DNA of 64,000 nucleotides from an uncultured Candidatus Peribacteria bacterium (GCA_964344775.1 CAYFOO010000002.1:15-64014), one strand, 5' to 3'; counted from the first letter of the stretch, positions 1 to 8,525 are shown. Notes: generated by a model from the letters alone, not told the origin. Translations and numbers: made by a program.

Positions 1-164
1 GCCTGAGCAAGTTCAAGTAATACTTTAGGTGATTCATTACCTTTCTGTCTGAATAACTCTACAACAGAGGCAAGGCTTTCATCTTCCTTTAGTAGTGCAT
101 CAAGCTTCTTTTGAGCTTCATCTCTTTTGTGCATCTCAAGTTTGGCTACTTCAAGTTCAATCAT
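1..164 (-). CDS. hypothetical protein, first 54 codons only (runs off left edge)
   Basis: ATG (rc) at 164-162 opens MIELEVAKLEMHKRDEAQKKLDALLKEDESLASVVELFRQKGNESPKVLLELAQ with no stop to position 1. Co-oriented, 60 nt downstream of the radical SAM gene. Absent from the ORF track because it is truncated. Confidence 0.4.
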   Translation of the reverse strand, partial: MIELEVAKLEMHKRDEAQKKLDALLKEDESLASVVELFRQKGNESPKVLLELAQ

Positions 165-223
165 AGTATTTAAAAATTAAAAACTTATTGCAATAGTATT
201 TATAAATTGGATTTTGTCAAGCT

Positions 224-1423
224 TTATTTTTGTAATTTTTCACACCTATCGCATTTAACCTCATAAATAAGCGATTCCAGAGAGAAAGTTTTTTCCAATA
301 ATCCCTTCCAACACTGCGGATCTCTCGCATACGGATCGTGCTTCATCGCCTCTGACATACACATCGCCCCCCCGAAACATCGATCCACCACCCGACAATT
401 TTGGCATTCTGGATCGGCTTTGGCCAGTTGAGTGAGTTCTTCGTATTTTGGCCCATTGAAGATGGATTCTAGAGACTCTTTCTTTAGATTTCCCAACACA
501 TGCTGTGGCAGCAACCGACAAGCCAGCACATCCAGATTGGGCAGGATCGTGAGCCCATTGTGCCAACGAACTCCACAGGACCTCACCTGGCCATCATAAT
601 CCAACGCCTCTATCCCACTCATGCAGTACGTCCGAAACATCTGAGTCAGATCATCGTATTCTCGACCAGCTCGACTCACCGTGTGCTGCAGATGATGTTT
701 TTGATTCATTTCTCGCACTTTTTGGTGGAATTTTTGGAGTTCTTTTGGGGGGACGATATTTTCGAGATCTTCTCGGCTCTGGCCGATCGGCACCAGCATG
801 CGTAAAAGGATTGGAATGTCATATACAATGAGTAGGTCCAATAAATTCCAAACTTCTTTGTAATTTTGCTTAGAGATCGTGCAGCCGAGATGGACCGAAA
901 TATTGTATTTTTTGAGTAAGGCAATCGCTCGCAAAATCGTATCAAAAGCTCCTTCGCCCCGAATCGCATCATTTTGTACTTGATCTCCTTCGATACTGAT
1001 CTGCATCCGCCGGATAGCACATTTTTTGGTCAGAAATTCGAGCATTTCATCCGTGAGCAGAGATCCGTTGGTCAAAATCCCCGTCCGAATCCGATCAGAA
1101 TGAGGAGCGATGTATTCTAGAAACGGTAAAATATCCGGATGCACAAATGGCTCCCCTCCGGTCAGTTTAAATCCTACTTTTTTTGACCCAAATCCCTGTT
1201 TTTTTCCCAAATCCAAATACTGATGAAAGATATCTTTCATAGTCTCCAGATCAGGTTGTTCTCCCTGATAAGTCTCGTGATAACAGTGCGTACACCGCCA
1301 ATTGCAATTATTCGTGATATGCCACTGGAGCCCCAATCCGCTTCGGTAATATTTTTGGTGCAGATCGAGTGCATTTTGAAACGCTTTTGATTTTTTGTTG
1401 TTGATAACTGGGAGGGCCATCAC
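224..1423 (-). CDS. radical SAM enzyme with C-terminal SPASM-type Cys cluster (peptide/protein maturase class)
   Basis: CxxxCxxC (NNCNWRCTHCYH), LTGGEPFVHPDI. C-terminal Cys cluster SCGVRW..LACRLL and CQNCRVVDRCFGGAMC, typical of auxiliary 4Fe-4S SPASM domains. Confidence 0.85.
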   Translation of the reverse strand: MMALPVINNKKSKAFQNALDLHQKYYRSGLGLQWHITNNCNWRCTHCYHETYQGEQPDLETMKDIFHQYLDLGKKQGFGSKKVGFKLTGGEPFVHPDILPFLEYIAPHSDRIRTGILTNGSLLTDEMLEFLTKKCAIRRMQISIEGDQVQNDAIRGEGAFDTILRAIALLKKYNISVHLGCTISKQNYKEVWNLLDLLIVYDIPILLRMLVPIGQSREDLENIVPPKELQKFHQKVREMNQKHHLQHTVSRAGREYDDLTQMFRTYCMSGIEALDYDGQVRSCGVRWHNGLTILPNLDVLACRLLPQHVLGNLKKESLESIFNGPKYEELTQLAKADPECQNCRVVDRCFGGAMCMSEAMKHDPYARDPQCWKGLLEKTFSLESLIYEVKCDRCEKLQK

Positions 1424-1497
1424 AAATCACCGTATCCTTTTTGTTGGAATTTTCAATTTTTCCAGCCTACGTTAGTTCAAAATTTCAGTTACAAACT

Positions 1498-2808
1498 TCA
1501 GCCCTCGTCAGTCTCGAGATTTAATTCCAGACTACGACTGACAGGTCGGTCGACAGGCAATTTTTCCAAAAGACATTCTAGCGTTTTATATCTTTCTCCG
1601 AGGGCCGTTTTTGCGTTTTTTAATAAAGCCTCTTGTGTCCACTGATTTGGATATTTCTCATTAAGACTTGTCTTTTTGTACAGCGGAGAAAGGGCGATTA
1701 AACAAAAAATATAAAAACAATCTTTTTCGCCTGAAAGATGATGGCTTCGCCAAACATCGGGTGGAACGCTTTCAAAATATTCCCACAGTACCTCGGATAT
1801 TTTTTTTAATTCCGTAGAAAAATTGCCGCCAAAATAAGCACTCAAAAAAGCATAAAGCGGATCTTGGCTTTTGAAGTCAGCCACTTCGTAGGGGGATTTT
1901 TCGATCAAAGAAGCCAGGTGGTGGAGAAACTTGTGCATGACACTGATCTGATCTCGCAAGATCTCTAAAGGCTGGATTTCTTTTTCGGTTGTTTTGAGAA
2001 ATCGAGAAGAATCCAAATCGGTAAAAACGACCTTTTGACTCCCAAGGCAGTAGTAGAAATTATCCAGCCCTCCGGAGTGTCGATAGATTCCGGATGATGA
2101 AAATTTGTATAACTCTTCTCCCACTTTTTGCATTAATTTTGCCAGTATTTCTGTTCTTTGCATTTTTGGCTCGGAAGTTTTAGAAACTTTTAAATCTTCG
2201 AACAGGGCTTCATAAAATTTTTGAAATTGCGGATTATTTTTTTCGGTTTGAAAAAGCACGCGATCGAGTCGATAGGGATTATTTTCTTCCACGAGAGAAA
2301 CCGCTACTCCCATCACCTTTCCTTCAAAAAGGTGATCCGGATATTCGGCTACCAAAAGAGGCGGAGTGACTGAAACCTTATTTTTATAAAGATGAAGTGC
2401 GGCTTCGTATTCTTGTAATGCTCGGCGGTGTTCGATGCCTCCAAAGGGAGAAATTTCACTGGTCAGCGTTCGAAAATCTCCCTGCCCTGAAAAACCAAAA
2501 TGTTTCACTTTTTGCCCCGTTTCGTATTTCTCAGAAGTTGGTGGATGGGGGGCATTGTAAATCTTTTTTTCGTACTGTCCGCGGAATTGATGTGCCGATT
2601 CTGGATTCCAGATTCCGATTCCTTTGAGCTTGAGAGCGGCAAAAGGTTTCCCAGAAACAGAGATGGGATTTTTAAGCACGTGCCAGGCCGTCCTGCCGGG
2701 AGCGAGAAACTGAGGCGGGGTTTCCCAGGATAGCAAATCATTGATTTCATCTTGCTGACCTTTGGACAAATCCACGAGTTCGGATTGATGGGTGATATTG
2801 AATTTCAT
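1498..2808 (-). CDS. hypothetical protein, possible protein-kinase-like fold
   Basis: ATG at 2808 overlaps the stop of the upstream gene (TAATG). Motifs by eye: AALKLKG (beta3 Lys-like), RRALQEYEAAL (alphaC-like), YRHSGGLDNF (catalytic-loop-like), VVFTDLDSS (DFG/DxD-like). The fold assignment is tentative. Confidence 0.6.
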   Translation of the reverse strand: MKFNITHQSELVDLSKGQQDEINDLLSWETPPQFLAPGRTAWHVLKNPISVSGKPFAALKLKGIGIWNPESAHQFRGQYEKKIYNAPHPPTSEKYETGQKVKHFGFSGQGDFRTLTSEISPFGGIEHRRALQEYEAALHLYKNKVSVTPPLLVAEYPDHLFEGKVMGVAVSLVEENNPYRLDRVLFQTEKNNPQFQKFYEALFEDLKVSKTSEPKMQRTEILAKLMQKVGEELYKFSSSGIYRHSGGLDNFYYCLGSQKVVFTDLDSSRFLKTTEKEIQPLEILRDQISVMHKFLHHLASLIEKSPYEVADFKSQDPLYAFLSAYFGGNFSTELKKISEVLWEYFESVPPDVWRSHHLSGEKDCFYIFCLIALSPLYKKTSLNEKYPNQWTQEALLKNAKTALGERYKTLECLLEKLPVDRPVSRSLELNLETDEG

Positions 2809-4322
2809 TATGAAAGATATTGGCAATGGGTGGTGTGCACTTGAAAATTAGACAAATCGATATCGTCAAAAAGTGATTTTGATTTTAAGATTTCAATTTC
2901 TTCCTCCATTTTTCGTTTTTCAAAATTATAAATCAGGATTGTCTTGTGTCCGACAATGAAAATGAATTTTCCATCGTCAGAAACTTCCAGAGCGATATAT
3001 TCGGCTGCATGTCCGGGGTGATGATAGTTGAGAAAGTCAGCCATGTCTTCCGCCCCAATATCGTCCAAAAAGTTTTTTCCAATGTCGTGATGAAATTCCA
3101 AAGACATATTTTCGGCATTGATAAAAAAGAGTCGATTGGGTTTTCCAATGGTGCAGATGTAGATTTTTCCTCCGAAAGAAAAAACCTTGTGCGAAGTAAA
3201 CCGGTATCCTCGTGTATCAGAAAAACTTTCTTTTTTTGTGAGTCCTTTTTCGGTTATTTCAAATTTATCAATGGCTGCTGGACCGAAAAAAGTACGCCCT
3301 CCTTCTAGTTTGGCAAAGTTGTGGCAAGAAACAAAAACGCATTTTCCGTCCGGATGAAGTTCAAAGTGGGCCGGAGTGGAATAGGTCGTGTGATATAGAG
3401 TTTGTTGATTTTTTGATAAATTTATGGTGTTGATGTTGCCTTCTACTGGTTTTACCAAAAATTCTTCCCGGGCATCACAGATTTCTCGGAAAGATTTTTC
3501 CCCAAAAAGAGATTGGACGTACAATTCAAAATCAGGTCGGAGGTCATAAGTTCCATTGAATTCATCAATCGAAATTGATTTTTGGAAATTTTCTTCTGAA
3601 AAATTTTCACTCATTTGTTCACAAAACTCTTGGAACAGAATTCGAAATACATACTTGTATAATTGAGCCCGATCAAAAATCTCCCCTGTTTTTTGCACCT
3701 GAAAACAAACATCAGAAAAATCAGAATTGAGTAAAAGATTCCCATGTTTTTTGGTCACATGCGGGCATCCCCGTCCTCGAGGGTCAGTGAAAATTTCTTC
3801 AATTTTTTTCAGATCGAGGGTCGATCGATAATATTTCACTACACCTTTGTCTTCAGAAGAATTTTGGTGCAGGGCTGAAAAATAAAAATAGTTCGGATCT
3901 TCATCATCCGGGAAAATGGTGGAAACAAATTGCGTGATATTTTCATTATCTGGAATCGGAAGATCTTTTCCGGTAAGTACTTTTAATTTTTTATTGGCCG
4001 GATCTACCAAATAAAAGTACGGACTGTTTTCTACAAAGTTGAGAAAGGCACCATTTGAATTAACGCATAAAGAAGAATGTGGTTTGAATATTTGAGGGCA
4101 CTGATAGGAGGTGTTTTTTATTGTTTCTAAATTTTCTAGAGAATAAGAAGTGAGATAGGTGCTTTCTCCTTTTCGGAAATCCAAAAGCACAAAAGAAACC
4201 AAAAAATTTCGCTTATCTTTTCGGTGCCGGAGATAAAACATTAACGGGGCATCAAAATTCTCAGCCACCTTTTCAGGAGCTTTGAATTTTTCGGTATTGA
4301 TGTGTAGATCAAGTCCAAGCAT
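2808..4322 (-). CDS. 504-aa hypothetical protein, paralog B (His/Cys-rich, no family recognised)
   Basis: Long ORF. Shares conserved blocks with 4443..5957: MLxLDL, DPxxKKxKVxTGxDL, EDPxxFYF, CPHxTK, PAHFE, SxHNF, FFGPAxIDK, FSDxRGYRFTSH, GKPNRLF, ALEVSxxGxF, HCQY tail. Confidence 0.8.
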   Translation of the reverse strand: MLGLDLHINTEKFKAPEKVAENFDAPLMFYLRHRKDKRNFLVSFVLLDFRKGESTYLTSYSLENLETIKNTSYQCPQIFKPHSSLCVNSNGAFLNFVENSPYFYLVDPANKKLKVLTGKDLPIPDNENITQFVSTIFPDDEDPNYFYFSALHQNSSEDKGVVKYYRSTLDLKKIEEIFTDPRGRGCPHVTKKHGNLLLNSDFSDVCFQVQKTGEIFDRAQLYKYVFRILFQEFCEQMSENFSEENFQKSISIDEFNGTYDLRPDFELYVQSLFGEKSFREICDAREEFLVKPVEGNINTINLSKNQQTLYHTTYSTPAHFELHPDGKCVFVSCHNFAKLEGGRTFFGPAAIDKFEITEKGLTKKESFSDTRGYRFTSHKVFSFGGKIYICTIGKPNRLFFINAENMSLEFHHDIGKNFLDDIGAEDMADFLNYHHPGHAAEYIALEVSDDGKFIFIVGHKTILIYNFEKRKMEEEIEILKSKSLFDDIDLSNFQVHTTHCQYLS

Positions 4323-4330
4323 TTGTATAA

Positions 4331-4410
4331 AAGGTGGGAAGTTGTAGGTTGTAAGTTGTAAGTTGCCCGGCCTTCGTATCCCGACGAGTCGGGAGGAGTA
4401 GGCTAAGGGG
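4331..4410. repeat. GTTGTARG-word repeat (family A) with nested mini-palindrome
   Basis: aaggtgggaagttgtaggttgtaagttgtaagttg + cccggccttcgtatcccgacgagtcgggaggagtaggc. Confidence 0.7.
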
Positions 4411-4442
4411 CTTATTCATTAATATTTATCCCTATTTTTTGG

Positions 4443-5957
4443 TCAAAAATATTGGCAATGAATGGACTTGCCGTAGCAATCCTGGAGTGCGGGGTGGTGA
4501 GACCTGATTGATTCATCAAGAAATGGGAGTTCGGCCACCACTTTTTTCTCCCGCATGCTATAAAAAACAGTCGAAAAGGTCCCAATCAAACAAATAAATT
4601 CACCGTTTTCCGAAACTTCCAACGCTACGTATTCCATCTGTTTTTGACGGAAATGGTTGAGGGCATCGGCTACTTTTTCTTCTGGAATATCTGACAAAAA
4701 ATCTGGACCAATATCGGTAAAATGATCCAGTTCCATCGTCTGAGCATCAATGATGAAAAGTCGATTTGGTTTCCCAATCGTGCAGACATACCCCTTGTCT
4801 TCAAATCGGAAAAATCGATGCGAGGTAAATCGATATCCTCGCGGATCAGAAAAGCACCCTTTGTGAATTAATTTTCCATCGGTTAATTGATATTTATCGA
4901 TCCCGGCCGGGCCGAAGAAAAATCGAGATTCAAAGGTGCAAAAATTATGAGAGGAAGTGTAAATACAATCTTCTTTTTCATCGATCTCGAAGTGGGCCGG
5001 AGCAGCAAAAGTGGTATCGATTGCTTGAAAATCTAAAGTTTCCAAGTCGAGCATGGTTATTTTCCCGGGTGCCAATTCAAACTGACATTCTGGGATCTGA
5101 TCACAGAGTTCTTTGAAGTTGCAATCGCCAAAGAAAGATTTGATATACAGATCAAAATCCGGATCAAGTTCGTACATTTGATTTTCACCGATAGTAAATG
5201 ATTTTTGATATGCTTCTTCTGCAAAATCTTTCCCAATCGCTTCACAATATTTCTGGTAAAGATGTCGGTAGGTCCGGTTCAGCAATTCTTTTTTTCGGAT
5301 AATTTTCCCATCTTTTTTGAGCTTAAAATCGATATTTTCAAAGTTAGAATTAAAAAGATAATGGTGATGACTTTTCGTCGTGTGCGGACATTTCCCTTTT
5401 TTTTCGGGGTGCGAAAAAATTTTTTCGATATTTTTTAACTGGGCATCGGTTTTATAATAATGAATCATAATTCCTTCCCCAGAACGATCCGTGTGAGCAC
5501 AAAAATAAAAATGATCGGGATCCTCCTCAATCCAATAAAAAGTAGAACCGAAACTCAAAATATCTTCTGCTTCTTCACAATTCAGATCTTCGCCCGTAAA
5601 AACTTTTATCTTTTTGGCTTCTGGATCCACAAAAAATAAAAATCGGCCGTTCTCGATAAAGTTGTAAAAACTATTTGTCCCTTTTATCCGGAGGGTGGAA
5701 TGAGGGCAGTGCGTGAGGGCTGTTTGGAGCCAGGATTCTCGATGATACGCATCCGTCTTTTTTTGGTTTTTTGGGGAAAAGCAAGAGTAGTAAGTCATTT
5801 CTTTTTTCTGAAAATCCATCACCACAAAGGTAGTAAAAAAGTTCCGCACGTCTTCTGTATGCCAGCAATAAAAAATTATGGGATTTGGAAATGCCTCACA
5901 AATAGCATCCTCCAATTTGAATTTTTCTTTGTGAATTTGTAAATCAAGTTCCAACAT
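4443..5957 (-). CDS. 504-aa hypothetical protein, paralog A
   Basis: Same length and same conserved blocks as 2808..4322. About 35-40% identity by eye. Confidence 0.8.
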   Translation of the reverse strand: MLELDLQIHKEKFKLEDAICEAFPNPIIFYCWHTEDVRNFFTTFVVMDFQKKEMTYYSCFSPKNQKKTDAYHRESWLQTALTHCPHSTLRIKGTNSFYNFIENGRFLFFVDPEAKKIKVFTGEDLNCEEAEDILSFGSTFYWIEEDPDHFYFCAHTDRSGEGIMIHYYKTDAQLKNIEKIFSHPEKKGKCPHTTKSHHHYLFNSNFENIDFKLKKDGKIIRKKELLNRTYRHLYQKYCEAIGKDFAEEAYQKSFTIGENQMYELDPDFDLYIKSFFGDCNFKELCDQIPECQFELAPGKITMLDLETLDFQAIDTTFAAPAHFEIDEKEDCIYTSSHNFCTFESRFFFGPAGIDKYQLTDGKLIHKGCFSDPRGYRFTSHRFFRFEDKGYVCTIGKPNRLFIIDAQTMELDHFTDIGPDFLSDIPEEKVADALNHFRQKQMEYVALEVSENGEFICLIGTFSTVFYSMREKKVVAELPFLDESIRSHHPALQDCYGKSIHCQYF

Positions 5958-6071
5958 CTTATAAGAAGGTTATACACCTTAATGTTAAAAATAAAAAATG
6001 AGGTATAATGCCGCAAGGTTTTATTACATTTTTATTTCCAAGCCTGTGCGGTATAATATATTTTCCGTAAA

Positions 6072-7109
6072 ATGAAAGACGATTCTCAAACCACAGATTA
6101 TCAAGAAAAATATTTGTTTCTCACTCGCAATCTCTCAAAAATATCTGTTTTGGAGAAGATAAAGGAGGCTTCAGAAGAAGTTCAAATTATCCGAATTTTT
6201 ATCGCGGGAGAAAGAAGATTTGTTGACCAATTTTCAGATCTAAAAAAAGAATTTCCGTGCATCTTTCTAGCCCATTCTATCAATGGTCCCCGACTTCCAA
6301 GTGTTTGTGTTCATACGGGAGAAGGAAATTTAAAATCTTTTCGGTATATTTCTCAACTTGCGTTAACCCACCAGTTAACTGGTGGGTTAAATACTAAGGA
6401 GATTGATGGAAGAAAAATCGGCACTATTTTTGAAACGGAAAACGAAAGACAACTCTATCTCTGTGGTTTTCAGGATTATGAATCGGTAGATGAAGTATTA
6501 AAATCTCAAAATTTTTCGCCTCAGGATCTGTTTCGTCATTGGAACTTTATCGAAGATATCAACCATAATTATGAGGGGTTCAACCAGTTGCGAGACGCTT
6601 ATTTTCAGAAGCATAAAATTACAGACTTCCCAGCCGCGACCGGAATCGAGGCGGATTTGGAGGGGCAAAAATTAAGTTTGAATTTCGAAGGAATTCAGAG
6701 CAACGAAGTGGAAATCAAAGATTTAAAAAGTGATTTACAACCAGATGCAAGCAGTTACGGCCCGAAATTTAGTCGCGGGAAAGTGCTTACTTTTTCTCAA
6801 TTTAAAAAAGTGTATATCTCCGGGACTTCTTCGGTGGATTGGGATGGAAAATCAATTTTTCAGGATGATCCGGAGAGAAATGTAGATTATGTTTTGGATT
6901 GTGTGGGGCATTTGCTACAGAAAGAAGGAACTGATTTTAATGACATCGTTTTTTCTATTGTGTATTGCAAAAATGAAAAGTACTTCGATATTTTTCTCCA
7001 GATTTATAAATCTAAAAATTGGCGGTTTCCGTTTATTCCGCTTTGTGTGAATATTTGTCGGGAGGATTTATTTTTTGAGATGGAGTGTGTTGCGATTAAA
7101 AATCACTAA
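6072..7109 (+). CDS. FkbO/Hyg5-type chorismatase-like protein (RidA/YjgF-fold C-terminus)
   Basis: Blocks RHWNFIEDIN..YEGFNQLRDAYF, FPAATGIE, SSYGPKFSRG, YISGTSSVD and ICREDLFFEMECVA match remembered chorismatase family blocks. Confidence 0.6.
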   Translation: MKDDSQTTDYQEKYLFLTRNLSKISVLEKIKEASEEVQIIRIFIAGERRFVDQFSDLKKEFPCIFLAHSINGPRLPSVCVHTGEGNLKSFRYISQLALTHQLTGGLNTKEIDGRKIGTIFETENERQLYLCGFQDYESVDEVLKSQNFSPQDLFRHWNFIEDINHNYEGFNQLRDAYFQKHKITDFPAATGIEADLEGQKLSLNFEGIQSNEVEIKDLKSDLQPDASSYGPKFSRGKVLTFSQFKKVYISGTSSVDWDGKSIFQDDPERNVDYVLDCVGHLLQKEGTDFNDIVFSIVYCKNEKYFDIFLQIYKSKNWRFPFIPLCVNICREDLFFEMECVAIKNH

Positions 7110-7231
7110 AAAATTTGGAAAGCGGAATGTAAAATTTAGGAATTGAATTTAGTTTTGGGAATAAAAAATGGTAAGTAGAAAAAGGAATATTTCTTGACGA
7201 ACATCGAATAAAAAATAATCTCAGGGCGGAA

Positions 7232-7492
7232 ATGACACCAGAAAAAATTGTTTTTTCAAAACATGTGGAGATACAGATGAAAGAAAGAGGGACCACGAAA
7301 GAAGAAATTCTTGAGACTATTAAAAAAGGGGAAAGTGTTCCTGCCAAAACGGGAAGAAAAGCTTTCAGAAAAAACTTTCCGTTTGAAAAAGAGTGGAATG
7401 GAAAATGGTATGGGATTAAGCAAGTGATGTCGGTTATAGAAAAGAGAAAAGAAAAAACAATTGTCATTACGGTTTATACTTTTTATTTCTAG
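7232..7492 (+). CDS. DUF4258-family protein (putative toxin)
   Basis: FSKHVEIQMKERGTTKEEILETIKKGE ... IVITVYTFY pattern. Followed after 6 nt by a DUF2283-like gene. Confidence 0.65.
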   Translation: MTPEKIVFSKHVEIQMKERGTTKEEILETIKKGESVPAKTGRKAFRKNFPFEKEWNGKWYGIKQVMSVIEKRKEKTIVITVYTFYF

Positions 7493-7498
7493 TTGACC

Positions 7499-7720
7499 AT
7501 GAAAATATCTTATGACGAAGAAGTTGATGCGGCTTATATCCGGTTTACGGAAAAACCGGCACAGGTGACGACGCAGAGAATTTCAGAGGACGTGGCGATT
7601 AATTTTGGTGAGGATAATGAGGTTGTGGGGATTGAAATTCTTTCGGCACACAAGCATCTTTTTCCGCAGCGAGAGAACTTGCATATTGAGATTGAGAATG
7701 CGGAGGTGGAAAAAGTGTAA
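7499..7720 (+). CDS. DUF2283-family protein (putative antitoxin)
   Basis: MKISYDEEVDAAYIRFTEK...NFGEDNEVVGIEILSA pattern. ATG at 7499 is preferred over the TTG at 7493. Confidence 0.65.
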   Translation: MKISYDEEVDAAYIRFTEKPAQVTTQRISEDVAINFGEDNEVVGIEILSAHKHLFPQRENLHIEIENAEVEKV

Positions 7721-7836
7721 ACAGCAAAGTGGCTCCACATGCAATATGGAGTCTGCATGAGGGGTGGGGGGAGACGAAAAATGGCAAATGGGAAAATGGA
7801 AATGTAAAAAACTCGAGATGTTTCTTAGTCTGTCTT

Positions 7837-7927
7837 CTGCAGGAGCAACTTTGTAAGTTGCTTCGGAATGTTTTTAGTGTTGCACAACCGAAACGTTTTG
7901 GTTCAATTTACAAAATTGAGCCTGCGG
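7837..7927 (+). ncRNA. candidate structured element, four-way junction, short copy (T)
   Basis: P1 ctgcagg/cctgcgg. P2 gcaact-ttgt-agttgc. P3 aatgttt/aaacgtt. P4 ggttcaattt/aaattgagcc. Homologous to 48358..48476, with compensatory changes in P1 and P2. Functional strand uncertain. Confidence 0.5.
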
Positions 7928-7977
7928 AGATCAAAAATTAATCATGAAATTATATCATGATTTAGAGGATTTTTCAA

Positions 7978-8024
7978 TTTCAAAATACACCTCCCCACTT
8001 TTCATCACCTTTTTTTAGCACCGG
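7978..8024 (-). pseudogene. degenerate copy of the last ~15 codons of recG
   Basis: ttcaaaatacacctccccacttttcatcacctttttttagcaccgga compared with 8525..8572 ttcaaaaatacacctccccactctccaccaccttcttcagcaccgga. About 6 mismatches plus compensating indels that break the frame. Confidence 0.7.
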
Positions 8025-8025
8025 A

Positions 8026-8409
8026 CTAAATCTTTCTCGGAGCTCTCCCCTTGTATACAATGCTATAAAAATGCTTGGCTTGATTCCCCGTTTGTCGAAC
8101 TACTACCTCCAAACAGTTTGATTTTATCACCACCTGAAAACTCCAAAACTGGTGTTCATTGCATCCTTTTTTCAAAACAGTGTGAGATTGAAAATAAGGC
8201 ATTTCTTTCAAAATTTGGGGGACCAAATGCAGATGTTTCACACGAAAGTAGGATTGTTTGAGTGTTCGGTCTTTCTTATTGATCAAATGTTCCCAGCCGA
8301 TCCGGGTAAGTAAAACGTTCGACTTCAAGCTCGGGCAGAATATTTTCTTGGGCAAAGAAAAATACAACTGCCGAGCTTCTGCGATTATCTTTTTGTAATC
8401 TGGGGTCAT
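8026..8409 (-). CDS. hypothetical protein (127 aa), cargo between the recG 3'-end copies
   Basis: ORF fills the segment flanked by the two recG-3' repeats. No family recognised. Confidence 0.5.
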   Translation of the reverse strand: MTPDYKKIIAEARQLYFSLPKKIFCPSLKSNVLLTRIGWEHLINKKDRTLKQSYFRVKHLHLVPQILKEMPYFQSHTVLKKGCNEHQFWSFQVVIKSNCLEVVVRQTGNQAKHFYSIVYKGRAPRKI

Positions 8410-8525
8410 AATAAAAAAGTCCTTGTCTCGCCACGCCTCATTTGCAGGCTGTCAGGACTGTATTGCTACAGATTCCTTCAAGGACAGATCGAGTGTAAGA
8501 ATGAACGAAGAAAAATGCAAGTTTT

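Noticed and set aside
7729-7941. 70-aa ORF downstream of the DUF2283 gene
   Set aside because: Its 3' half is the short four-way-junction element. The rest has no coding character (W/G/N-rich).
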